A stretch of DNA of 63,579 nt, counting the filler, from Octopus bimaculoides (taxonomy: Eukaryota), in the NCBI RefSeq assembly GCF_001194135.2. It is 7 parts of 6 records of this genome, joined end to end, with 100 filler letters (N's around TTAATTAATTAA, not from the genome) between each part and the next. Parts side by side here need not be neighbours in the genome. Positions count along the whole stretch, not along the records: positions 1 to 22,938 come from NC_069006.1; 6 more parts are not named here. The stretch is one strand, 5' to 3'. Within the stretch, counting starts at the first letter, position 1. Each line of letters starts with the position of its first letter. The position numbers were made by a program, and so were the translations under genes. Below the pieces are notes generated by a model, which saw nothing but the letters and a program-made list of their open reading frames with translations, searched no databases and was not told where the DNA came from. This document shows positions 1-11,925 of the stretch, in pieces.

Positions 1-5
1 CATAC

Positions 6-166
6 ATACGATGGGCCTGCTTCAGTTTCTGTCTACCAAATCCACCCTCAAAGCTTTGGTTGGCCCGAGCCTATAGTAGAAGACACTTGCCCAAGGTGCC
101 ATGCAGTGGGACTGAACCCGGAACCACTCTGTTGGAAAGAATGCTTCTTACCACACAACTATGCCT
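6..166 (-). mobile_element. tRNA-headed SINE, head module A (5' part)
   Basis: The reverse complement reads A-box-like tgtgtggtaagaagc, then B-box-like ccgggttcagtccc, then ggcaccttgggcaagtgtcttctactatag. Homologous copies are at 14410, 17486, 21187, 34695 and 50957. Confidence 0.85.
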
Positions 167-240
167 ATGTACAATATCATACATATATGTATATATGTGT
201 GTGTATGTGTATGTATATCTGTATATATTTATGTGTGATT

Positions 241-466
241 GTGTGTCTTTGTTTTCGCGTTTGTCGCCCATACATCGCATAACAAACCGGTGTTGGCTCG
301 TTTATGTCCCAGAAACTTATCACTTCGGCAAAACAGTTCCAATAGAATAAGTACCAGGTTTAAGAAAAGAAATCAACTGACATCGATTTGGTCGACTCAG
401 TTCTTCAAAAGCAGTGCCCCAGCATGGGCGTAGTCCAACGACTGAAGCAAATTAAGCATAAAAGAC
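241..466 (+). mobile_element. SINE 3' module B, diverged
   Basis: Matches the module at 50281-50490 and 51240-51450 (tagaataagtac...ggtcga...gtgccccagcatgg...gactgaa). Confidence 0.8.
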
Positions 467-978
467 AATTTATGAACGATAAACACAAAACGAATCAGTT
501 AAATCAGGTACGAAACTGCATTAGCTGTGCGTGGCAGTAGGTACACTTAAACCGAAGAGAGGGTCACGGTTGGATGGAAGATTACTCAGAATTAAACAAC
601 AACAGTATAGAGGACATCAATCAACGATTCACTGAATCAAGCAACAAGCCAATCATTGAAAGAAGAAAAAAAATCAGTCAATAAATCGATATGTATTAAG
701 TTAATACGAGTAAATAGTTTAGTCACGCGCAGAGAAACTCTCGATAGGTTCAATAAAAAAATTAGAAATCAATGATTTGTGAATATAAAAATCGATTAAT
801 CATGGCCAAAGTGAAACTCTCATAAAACTATGCAGTGCACTGGATATTCGATTTGATAATTGAATGTATGTTTGTGGGTGTGTGTGTGCGTGAGAGAAAG
901 AAGGTGAGAGAGAAAGAGAGAGAGAGAGGGAGAGAGAGTGAGAGAGTGTGTGTCAATGAGTTGTGGGTATGCGATTCA

Positions 979-1023
<45 letters not shown>

Positions 1024-1271
1024 TGACATTTACACATGAATGTGTGTGTATCTCCTCCTCCTCTCGCTCTCTTTGTCTCACATTCTATCTAATTGTCCCT
1101 GACTGCCTCTTTTCCTTACACACACACACACAACCTCTCTCTCTTCCTCTCTGACTCTCTCTCCATTAAACTATATCAGTAGAAAGAGATGATATATACG
1201 TTTGTAAATGTGTGTATGAGTGCATGCTTCATATGTATGTATGAACGTGTGTGCATGTGTGTATATATATT

Positions 1272-1302
<31 letters not shown>

Positions 1303-1304
<2 letters not shown>

Positions 1305-1432
1305 ACTTCTTGAAAGTTTTACAGATTTTTACAGTTCCAGTGATGGCTTGGATCTGTAGTCTTCGAATCAGCTTTCTCCTTTCTTGTTTTGAGAAGCCCA
1401 ATTTCTCAAGATTGCTACTTAGACTGTGTGTA
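1303..1432 (-). mobile_element. 3'-terminal fragment of an RLE-type non-LTR retrotransposon ORF
   Basis: Translates to NLEKLGFSKQERRKLIRRLQIQAITGTVKICKTFKKF, which resembles the C-terminal helix of RLE-clade LINE ORFs. It differs from 11257-11367 at 8 of 111 nt. Confidence 0.6.
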
Positions 1433-1489
1433 ACCAGTGCGCCGTATAAGGATTTTACTCCTGTTTTTAAAGCCAAAACAACAAGGCAA

Positions 1490-2600
1490 GTCATTTCAAT
1501 AGCAGCCCCTTCGTCAGGAAATTTACAGAGAGAAGGCGTTGATTGCTGACTTCTCTGTTCCGTAGTATGTGTGTGTGTATATATGTGAAAGGTTGTTTTC
1601 GTAACTACAGCAGCTAATTAGCTGAGTGCAATTCGGATCTGTTGTTAACACGTGTGTTGTGCTTGCCAATTAAAAATAGCTTCTTTTATCCTCACATTCC
1701 TAATGTTTCTTTCTGAAGCTTCAGTTGAAACCTGGATGTCTTGGCTAAGGCAATTCCTTAGGTGTTTTGTTCTTTGTTTTTCGACGGAATAAGCATTAGC
1801 ATAGAGGTCTTCTTTAACCCGTACTTGTACTTGTGCGTATGTAGCAACGCAATGTTGACATTATAAAACTGCGTCTACTGCATAATCTGAATTTATTCTA
1901 TTTAGGCGTCGTCACTTCTAATCAGCAAATAGTTCATATCAGTGTATACTTCAGGCGAGGAATTTCGATTTTGTTTCGGGCGTTACTCGAGTACGCAGCA
2001 TTGACAAGCTGCAAATACATCGAAATACGTACCTGCCGCTGACAGGATTACTTCTAGCTCTCATATATTGTGTTTTTTAACACTATACGTCATTAAAGGA
2101 TTTTTCCCCCAACGATAAACTGCAGCTCCTGACGTTGAAACAGCCAATGTATATTAAGCATGCGGTATTGGTAGTGTTTACATTACAGGGGTGCTTCTGC
2201 TGCATAATTTGAATTTATTCTACATATGTAACGCCATTGCAAATCAACAAACGGTTTATGCACTATCCGTGTATACTTCAGACTAGAGATTTCGATCTTG
2301 TTTCCAAAGTGACACGAGTACGCGGCATTGATGAGAAGCTGCAAATACAGCGGAATATGTTTTGTTCACTTTAGTGATCTCTTCTGGAGAAATTTCGTTT
2401 CGCCTAGCTCTGAACTATAATGTGTTTTTCAACACTGTACGTCTTGAAAGGGTTTTCCTAGACAAAGAACCGCAGCTCCTGGTGTTTAAAGTATACACGC
2501 ACGTATGAGATACTGATAATGTCTTGTAGAATTTAATCTCTTTGCGATCTGACACCAACGTCTGTGATGACTCTTGTGGTGCCAGGCTATATCGGTTCAA
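1490..2600 (-). mobile_element. Degenerate Penelope-like element: GIY-YIG endonuclease remnant with partial tandem duplication
   Basis: The minus frame at about 1900-1620 reads VL*CQHCVATY...RIKEAILIGKHNTRVNNRSEL, like a PLE GIY-YIG C-terminus. Segments ~1855-2140 and ~2175-2490 are diverged tandem copies (YLQL.NAAYS...NKIEI..LKYT.I in both). A CTGACGA...GAAA remnant lies downstream at 1517-1494. Confidence 0.55.
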
Positions 2601-2813
2601 GTTTGGGACCGATCTTGAGAAGAATTACATATATGGAGAGCTGCCAGTCTCCCTGAAAAAGTCTTGCTTAGGCCTGTGCATAAATGTGTAGATAGATGCA
2701 AGTTCAGCATTGAGCGACAGTATCCCAACATACGTTTGTGCATTTATGTGTGTATTTGTGTTTCTAGTTTTGTGCGTGTATTTATGTACATGTCTATCTA
2801 TGTGCATATGTAG

Positions 2814-2851
<38 letters not shown>

Positions 2852-3782
2852 ATGTGTGTCTGTTTCTACGTTTGTGTATTTACCAGTCAGCTTGTGTGTG
2901 TATGTGTGTACTTTCGTAGGTGTGTGTATGTGTGCGTTTGTATGTGCCTCTAACTGTAGAATTTAAATTTTTGAGTGGTTAACTTCCTACATTATATATG
3001 CTTACATCCTCTTAGAAACACACTCATCATGGAAACAACATACATATACTTGAGCATGAACTCACTCAGACATACGTATACACATACATACAGGAAAGCA
3101 TCACTCTCTCTCACATACTAACGCAGAGTATAAAACACAGACACAGACACACAAACACTCACTCACAATACTTAATTTACACACATTCACAAAAATAAAA
3201 AATTCACAAAATTTTGCTCACATACTCTTTATTCTCACGCTCCCAAACAAAATTACACACCAATTTACATAACGACATTGCTATCGTCTGCCCCAGTCAA
3301 TTGGTAACAAGCGTATCGCCAGTTTGCCCATATTACAACAAGAAGCTATGCAATGAATGCGAAATATCTATTGATAATCAACGAAGAATACTTCTTAGCT
3401 TTCAAATACATCATTACGAAATACTGCATGGTTTATTTTTTGTATGCCTTTCATAATAAAGGTGCATAGCTTACATGTGGTGCACTTGGCTCTCGTTGAT
3501 TTTGTAGCTTACTAGCTGGCGGACAATCATTTCCACTTTAAAAATGAGTTTTCTTTAGGTTTGTACTTCTTTTTCATTGTCTTCTCCTTGCTTCTCTCTC
3601 TCTCTTTCTCTCTCGCCCATTCTGCAAATATATGTGTATGTGTGCGTGTAGGGTGTTTATACATACATACATACATATATACGCACACACACAAAGAGGG
3701 AATGGTGAGAGAGCAAAAGAGAAAAAGAGATAGATGCATACACACACACACACACATACGCATATATGTATGTATGAATGAA

Positions 3783-3835
<53 letters not shown>

Positions 3836-4416
3836 ATATATGCCAGCATATATATACACAAACATATATATACGTATACACACACACACACACACATATA
3901 TATATANNNNNNNNNNNNNNNNNNNNNNNNNNNNNNNNNNNNNNNNNNNNNNNNNNNNNNNNNNNNNNNNNNNNNNNNNNNNNNNNNNNNNNNNNNNNNN
4001 NNNNNNNNNNNNNNNNNNNNNNNNNNNNNNNNNNNNNNNNNNNNNNNNNNNNNNNNNNNNNNNNNNNNNNNNNNNNNNNNNNNNNNNNNNNNNNNNNNNN
4101 NNNNNNNNNNNNNNNNNNNNNNNNNNNNNNNNNNNNNNNNNNNNNNNNNNNNNNNNNNNNNNNNNNNNNNNNNNNNNNNNNNNNNNNNNNNNNNNNNNNN
4201 NNNNNNNNNNNNNNNNNNNNNNNNNNNNNNNNNNNNNNNNNNNNNNNNNNNNNNNNNNNNNNNNNNNNNNNNNNNNNNNNNNNNNNNNNNNNNNNNNNNN
4301 NNNNNNNNNNNNNNNNNNNNNNNNNNNNNNNNNNNNNNNNNNNNNNNNNNNNNNNNNNNNNNNNNNNNNNNNNNNNNNNNNNNNNNNNNNNNNNNNNNNN
4401 NNNNNNNNNNNNNNNN

Positions 4417-4489
<73 letters not shown>

Positions 4490-4585
4490 TTGAATAATCG
4501 AACTTCAGATATTACAATAACAACAACAATAAGAGGACATGCACATCGAATGTATTGGTTTGACGCTTGGTAAAAAGACAGGGTT

Positions 4586-4620
4586 TTTTGACAATTCGAG
4601 CGTAGCTCTTCATCAGAAAG
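4586..4620 (-). ncRNA. Minimal type-I hammerhead-ribozyme-like motif, degenerate
   Basis: The minus strand reads cttt CTGATGA A GAGC tac GCTC GAATT GTC aaaa. CUGAUGA, stem II and GUC are intact; GAAAC is mutated to GAATT. Same repeat family as 48987-49023. Confidence 0.6.
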
Positions 4621-6856
4621 GAGAACGGAAAAGTCCAGAGAAGGAAAAATATCACCAACAGCACATGTGTAGTTACATGGCTGAAGTGACCAGAAGTGGA
4701 AAGAGGCAGAGAAAGTGTTTTTGGGGACAAGAGAGTGCGAAGATGGCCAATGTGTGCGCTTGTGTTTATGCGTGTGATGTATGCATAAGGGCGTTAATCA
4801 CGAGCTGGTTAGTGGCTGGCGATTGATTTCGTCGTGAGGGGCGAGAGACGAGGTGAAAAGTGTGAGTTGTGTGCGTACGAGGGAGTATGTGTGTCTGCGT
4901 GTGAGTGTGTATGCGCGTATGAGCGCGCATGTGTGTATAAATACCACGGACTTCTTTCAGTTTCCACCTACCAAATCCATATTCCACATACATTCTATCG
5001 CCACCTCTCTCTCTCTTACTTGCTTCTCCTTGTACTTGTTCGCTCAATATCATTCTCCTCTTTCACCTCTTCTGCCTTGCTCTTTCTCCTTTACCTCTCA
5101 CCTCTCCCCTCATTTCCACATTCCTTTTCTATACTTCTCTCACACCTTCTTCTTCCATTCATTCCCTCCCTCTCTCTTTCTCTCCACTCAAACTATCTCC
5201 ATCTCAATCTCCAAATTCCAGTTATATATTATTATATAGTTATTATTGCTATCCTTTCCTCTCCCTCTCTCCAACCATATCCTTCACTCATTCAAAGTCT
5301 CACTCCCCTTCCAACTCACCCTTATACTCTCTACACAGACTTTCTTTTGCTCTACACTTACCTCCACCTCTTTCTTATGCACTCTATCTGTCTTCCTCTC
5401 TCCACATTGCCACACTGTAATTCAATCAGAGCCAACATTGTCAGATATAACATTTTTAACTGAATCAACGAATTGCATAGAAAACTACGAGGCAGACGTG
5501 ATGTCTTTCAGCTATCATACACATACAAACACACACACACCACACATATATTTGCATGCTCATACATATCTGTGTGCGTGTACATATGTATATATGTGTA
5601 AATATGTATGTATGTATATATATATATATATATNNNNNNNNNNNNNNNNNNNNNNNNNNNNNNNNNNNNNNNNNNNNNNNNNNNNNNNNNNNNNNNNNNN
5701 NNNNNNNNNNNNNNNNNNNNNNNNNNNNNNTATATATATAAGGATATATATGTTTACACACATACACCCACACACACATATACATAAAGATAGATAGACT
5801 GACTGTTATTTGAACACACACACGCACGCATACACACACACACACACACAAGCTACATTACATTCAAAAACACACAAAACGAAATTAACATCACGTACAA
5901 ATACATAAACCTAGATAAGATTTGATGCCGCCATGTTTGATGTGAATATGACTGATTTTGTTAAGTAGCTTTTTCGATTTAAGAAAGAAAGAGGAAAATA
6001 GCGGCCATTTTGTTAATCTTTTTATGGCGGTTCATTGTAAGATATATTGTTTCCCGAACACGTAGAGTGTTCAAACACATACACACAAACAAATGTGCAC
6101 ACACACACATACATTTATATGTAAGAATTTATATGTGTGTGCATGTGTGTGTGTTCGTGCGTCTGTATACATTCACAAGTCACATGTGACGAGAAAAGAG
6201 ATAGACCTAAACATCGTAGGAAGCAGACGACTATATTTATTGAATGCTACAGATATAAAGACTTATATGCAGAACTTCAAGTTTCTGTATGAACGTTACG
6301 ATGATCCCTGCACTTCTTCAGCTGTTGCAAGTCCTGTTTTGTTTTGTAAGTAATGAGGTTCAGTGCAGCTGAAGCAGTGCGGCGATGATCATATCGTTGA
6401 CACAGAAATTCGAAATGATGGATGTAAGTCTTAATAACCCTATCGTTCTATATATATATATATATTTAATGTAGGAGTTCTTCACCACGAAAGACAAACT
6501 GGTAACAGTGTGGGATCAAATAACTAGAAGATATGTGGCTTCAGACCGTGCAACACGATCGCCTCTAGTTTGAATGCTGGACTGCTTTTGCTTTAAATTG
6601 ACGAATAAAGTTACAAAATATAGCAAAATTTTCGACACAGCATAATATATATTTACACACACACACACACACACACATAAGGAAAGAGTGGCTTCGAAGT
6701 TTCAATGGTTATTTACTTAATCAGACAATGAATCTTAGCCAAGTGCTTAATTATCGAAGTCGATGCTAAACTGCCCTTTGTAAAAGCATGTCATACTGAA
6801 ATACCTTGAGTGATCCAGAAATCAACATTACACACAGTCACACACGCACAGACACA

Positions 6857-6968
<112 letters not shown>

Positions 6969-7409
6969 CACTTACATATAAGAGACCAAAGTGTACATAC
7001 GCCGCTATATTTTTTTGATATATAAAAAATACAAAATCACAATTAATAAATAATTTATAGGTATTTTAAAATAGGGAGTTACTTTGTAATCACCCTGTAC
7101 AACGACCAACGCCCGACAGCTACGTCTGCATGATGCGGCTTTTAAAGCGCGCAGCTTTAGAACGTAACACTAAACGTGGACTGCGAAGAGATACTTTTTC
7201 GGTTGGCGGGTCGTGGCCATGCTGGGGCACCGTTATATGAAGAGGAATGTGATCTTTCCAAAGAAGTGTTCGATCATTTCTGTAGCAATGGTGAGATGTG
7301 ACCGGGTTGTTTGCCCCTGAAACTCTGAGAAGCGGTTGCTGGTCTTCAAAGTGTCCACCTCAGACAAATATGACATTGAGCAGTTGACTGCACAGAGAGT
7401 AATGAGACA

Positions 7410-7615
7410 GAAATCATCATCGTCGTCGTCGTAATCATCATCTCCATCCCCTCATCATTATTAGCGGCGGCGTCATCAAAATCGTCGTTTTCATCATCGC
7501 TGCCGTCAACGTTGTTGACATAATCGCCGTCTCCGCCGCCACCATCGTTGTCTTCATCCTTGTCCTCCTCCTCCTCCTCTTCCTGCTCCTCATCTCCTCT
7601 TCCTCATCATCATGA
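7410..7615. repeat. Decayed (CAT/CGT/CCT)n trinucleotide tract
   Basis: Cryptic triplet periodicity with frame breaks; no sustained ORF. Confidence 0.8.
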
Positions 7616-8499
7616 AATACAATGGAGTTACGATAGGTACGTGTTTGGTATTAGAGAACCGAAGCTGATAAGACCTCGTTAGGCTCAAATAGCGAACAAT
7701 CCATTTGTCAGAACGGCAATCTTCTCCTGAAATTTTAATCATAAATCAACATATATTATTATACAGATTTAAGTAGGACGGGTGGAGTGAGAAAGGAGTG
7801 AGGGAGAAGGTAGAATTGTGACTGAGATTGATACTTGCTCAAAGAGACGTGACCTCTGCATTGAATAGGTCGAGTGAATACATATAAACGTCCGTGTCTT
7901 GCACAAATTCCACCATTCACACAAATCTGTAGTGTTTCTTCCATTTACTTAACGCCAAAGCCATGTGAAACCCCTCTTCTCTATCCCTCTCTTACTCTCT
8001 CTTTCTCTTTCTCCCCCTCTCTTTCGTCTATAAATTTACGGCCATGTTTGTCTTCCTACAAAGGAATCAATAATTCTTTCGAATTCAATTCGCTCGCCGC
8101 AGGAATACATTATTTACCAAATACTAGGCAATATATCACCAGGTTTGCGTCCAGCACATAGTATAATTATATACAGCATTGGCAGAATTATACATACATA
8201 CATGCACACATCCGTTCATCCATTCATCCATCCATACATACATACATAATTACAAACACACACACATAGATAGAATGTGTTTATGTATATGCGCCATTTT
8301 AAGACGTTCATCTTTACGACTACTCAAACACGATAAACCTCTCCCTTGATAATATTGTTAAACAGTTGATAACATGTTGAATTATCTGATATCTAATGGC
8401 TAATTATGTTCCAATAAAAATATCACATGTCACATATATAACTCCAGAACCATTTTCATTGTGATAAATTGCTATCTTTATTATTACCATTACAACTAT

Positions 8500-8670
8500 G
8501 ATTACTGCGAATACTAAAGTTGTTATTATTGTTGTTGTTGTTGTTGTTGCTGTTGCTGTTCTTCTGGTTGTTATTATTATTGTTGTTGCTGTTGTAGTTA
8601 TTGTTTATATATTTATTTATTTTGTGCTTCTCTGGTTCTCATCATTCTGCTGTATAATAACATCATCATC

Positions 8671-8745
<75 letters not shown>

Positions 8746-8770
8746 AATAATAATAATAATAATAATAATG
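8500..8770. repeat. Compound (GTT)n/(CAA)n/(TAA)n microsatellite
   Basis: Directly visible. Confidence 0.95.
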
Positions 8771-9019
8771 AGAAGAGGAGAAGGAAGAGGAAAAAGAAGA
8801 GTTGAAGGAAGATGAAGATGGCTGTACAATTTATGCTCGTTATTGCTTAATATGACTGTATAATAACGTACGACTCTTGTTATTCGATATTTTTTCAACG
8901 ATATATGCTGATTCACGCTGTAATGAAAGAACAGATATAAAGTAAAGAATAAATAAAGACAAGGAGACATCCTTCGACGAATAGGTGCCACATTCTAAAG
9001 ACTAAACCACGCGCCCTCA

Positions 9020-9305
9020 TTCATTCATACATGTATACATGCATACAATGCATCCATACATACATACAGGCATGCATACATACGTACATACTTACATACA
9101 CACATACATAATAAAGACAGACATACGTGCGTACATGCATGCATACATTCATACGTACATACATGCATACATATGTACATACATACGTACATACGTACAT
9201 ATGTACATACATATGTACATACATGCATATGTACATACATACATACATACATGCATACATACATACATACATACATACATACATACATACAAACAGACAT
9301 ACATA
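9020..9305. repeat. (CATA)n-type microsatellite
   Basis: Directly visible. Confidence 0.95.
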
Positions 9306-9334
9306 TGAACGGAAAACTGATATGAGAAACAAAA

Positions 9335-10200
9335 ATGCAAATTATAACCTCTCAGGAACAAGCTATTAAAACGAATTTGATAACGGCAAAGATTGATAAA
9401 ATTCAGTCAGAGAGCAAATACAGAAAAAGTGTGAAAGGGAATGAAAGTTCTAACCATCTCTTGAATGAATGCCATAAACTAACACAAAAAGAGTATAAGT
9501 GTAGCATGACTGTGTAGGTAATAAGGTACATTGGGATATTAACCAGGTGTGAATTCAAAGTAGCTGGAAAGTGGTATGAATATGAATCCAACTCTATAAT
9601 AGAGAATAAGAATGATTCCCATAAATTATTCTTATAATTTATGGGATTTAATCATAAAGACTGACCATAATTTTGAAGCGCGGGGGGGGGGGGCATGTTT
9701 AAGGTGCTGGACTCAAGATCGCAAGATTGTGATTTCGATTTCTGAATCGGGCAATGTGCTACGTTCTTGAGCAAAACACTTCATTTCCATGTTGCTCCAG
9801 TCCACTCAGCTGACAAAAGAGAATAATCCTACAACTAACCGGCATCCTGTCCAAGGAGGAATATATATGCCAGAGAAACTGGACTAATATGGAGGAAGTG
9901 ATAATTTTGATGCAAGAAAAGCAGGTATGATTGTAGTGGACAAAGGAAACGCTGTGAGATCATACACTTGCAAAAGCGTATGATGACAGAAATTAAAATA
10001 ACAGAACGTGCATTATCAGGGCCTAACCAGAGAGTTGAAGAGATTGTGGAAGATTGAGATAATAATTATTCCTGTGATAATTGGTACAACTGGCACAACC
10101 TTAGAAATATTCCAGAGATTTGAGGTGACTTGTCACCAAACATCAAGATGTTATCTCTGGTAAGTAATATAGCATATATTAGTTGAAATAGTAATAATAA
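9335..10200 (+). mobile_element. R4/Dong-like non-LTR retrotransposon C-terminal (zinc knuckle/RLE) remnant, interrupted by a SINE
   Basis: Reads SQEQAIKTNLITAKIDKIQSESKYR...NHLLNECHKLTQKEYK, then KWYE and LWDLIIKTDHNFEAR. After the SINE it resumes MIVVDK...LTRELKRLWKIEIIIIPVIIGTTG, followed by a (TAA)n-like tail. Confidence 0.8.
9680..9900 (+). mobile_element. tRNA-headed SINE inserted in the Dong-like remnant, with 13-bp TSD
   Basis: The body contains gttcttgagcaaaacact...gttgctccagtccactcagctg. It is flanked by ataattttgaagc (9667-9679) and ataattttgatgc (9901-9913). Confidence 0.75.
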
Positions 10201-10533
10201 TGATGATTTCTTTATTAACCACAAAGAGTTTACTTTAAGAAAATCATTAAGGACGGTACAGAACCAAACATTGAGTGTGTGTGTGCGTGCGTGTGTGTGC
10301 GTGCGTGTGGGAAAATGAAGCCTAACAGAACGGTATGTATGTCTGTATATGTGTTTGTGTTTGTGTGTATGTTTGAGAGAGAGAGACACACACTTTGTGT
10401 CTGCGCGTTGATTATTCAGATATGTTCATTCCATTTCTCCTATCCCATAATCATCGTCATTATAACAACTCTGTCTATCTATCTATCTATCTATCCATAT
10501 ATCTGTCTGTCTTGCTTGAAACACCTTAAATAA

Positions 10534-10720
10534 TGGTTTCGAATATTGGAGGGTAGGGGCTAAGTCGATTATAACGGCCCCAGTCCTCAACAGGTACTTA
10601 TCTAATCGACTCCGAAAGGAAAAGTTGACCTCGGCGGAATTTGAATTCAGAACGCCAAGACGGACGAAATGCCGCTACAGTTCTTGGCTGCGGTGCAAAC
10701 TATTCTGCCAGCTCGCAGCT
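10534..10720 (-). mobile_element. SINE family D (ggcgagctggcaga... head)
   Basis: Homologous to 34009-34220, 43010-43190, 45905-46105 and 46765-46970. Confidence 0.8.
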
Positions 10721-11231
10721 TTGGAGCCCCTTAAATAAGTATTATCAATATGACATGCGTAATTGTACGAGCGTTGTTAAACGATGTGAAGCTGAGGCAC
10801 TTCGTCCAGCAGAGGATATTTTAAAAGATGTGTTATGTTTAAAAACAACGTAACTCAAAACTAGGTGAAACGGAATCGCTCCGGAAATGAAAGACAGTGA
10901 CAGATATCGATATTTCGCGGTCATTTCCGCTCGCGCACTCATCCATCTCCAAAACGGACTGTTTCGGCCAGCTAGAGACATGTATACAAACAGCGTAAAA
11001 GCTATTTTCTGATGTGAAAATGTGTTTCATATACGTTTAGTGTTAGCTATCGGGGAAAAAAAAAAGAGTACTCAATACCATAGCAGAGATTAAAATTTGT
11101 TATTGGTTGAGTTAGTCCGTTACTACTCTGGATGTCGCCAGTGAGTGTTCGGGTCAGTCTTAAGACACACTGCAGGCACGGATGAAATTCAGAGTAGTAT
11201 GAGACTGACCCGACTAAAATTATACATACAT

Positions 11232-11600
11232 ACACACACACACTGCCTAAATACCAATCTTGGGAAATTAGGCTTCTCAAAACCAGAAAGGAGAAAGCTT
11301 ATTCGAAGACTACAGATCCAATCCATCACTGGAAGTGTAAATATCTGTAAAACTTTCCAGAAGTTTAACCATTTAAGTATATATGAGCATGCCTAGATAT
11401 GCAAGTACATGCATGAGAAGACGTACATAAAACAAAACATACAAATCTGCACGTATACATACATACATACATATATATACATACAAAACTACCCTGTTGT
11501 TGATGTTGAAATTCCAATGAAGGAGCCTTGGATCTAGGTTAGAAACCGACTCTTTCTCCATTGACAAGAAATCTTGAAATAAAACTAAACAATGACATAA
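11232..11600 (+). mobile_element. 3' end plus 3' UTR of an RLE-type non-LTR retrotransposon
   Basis: Reads NLGKLGFSKPERRKLIRRLQIQSITGSVNICKTFQKF, followed by a UTR containing (CATA)n and a non-repetitive terminal block. Paralogue of 1303-1432. Confidence 0.6.
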
Positions 11601-11886
11601 ATACGTGATGCTGATAAGCCACGGAAATGGCGAACCATCGGTGTCCATCAGTCCTGGAGTCGATAGGAGGCGAGTTGTTTGGCCTGTCTATGACTTTAAA
11701 GGTGTTTTAACATTCAGCGTTATAAGGTATTTCTCACACCGCACCGAAGCGGCAAACAAACAGAACACACACACACTGAGTACGTGCGATCGCTAATTTT
11801 CTCAACACTAGCACTGCTTTATTTCGTTATTGACTATGTGTGTGTGTGTGGGTGTCTCTGTGTGTGTGTGTGTTTGTGTGTGTATG

Positions 11887-11925
<39 letters not shown>

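Noticed and set aside
3527-4573. Long ORFs such as MCVCVC..., YIYIYI... and THTHTH... here and throughout the ORF track
   Set aside because: They are translations of dinucleotide or tetranucleotide microsatellites and N gaps.
6270-6330. Minus-strand cag CTGAAGA ... GAAAC ttgaa GTT ctg hammerhead-like spacing
   Set aside because: No convincing stem II in the 29-nt interval.
7230-7295. Possible exon EEECDLSKEVFDHFCSN ending at G|GTGAGA
   Set aside because: No acceptor; the upstream sequence is a SINE fragment and the peptide is unrecognised.
11515-11556. ATGAAGG-agcct...aggtt-a-GAAAC in the LINE 3' UTR as a hammerhead
   Set aside because: Core mismatches at several positions and no GUH triplet in this copy; at most a plain hairpin.
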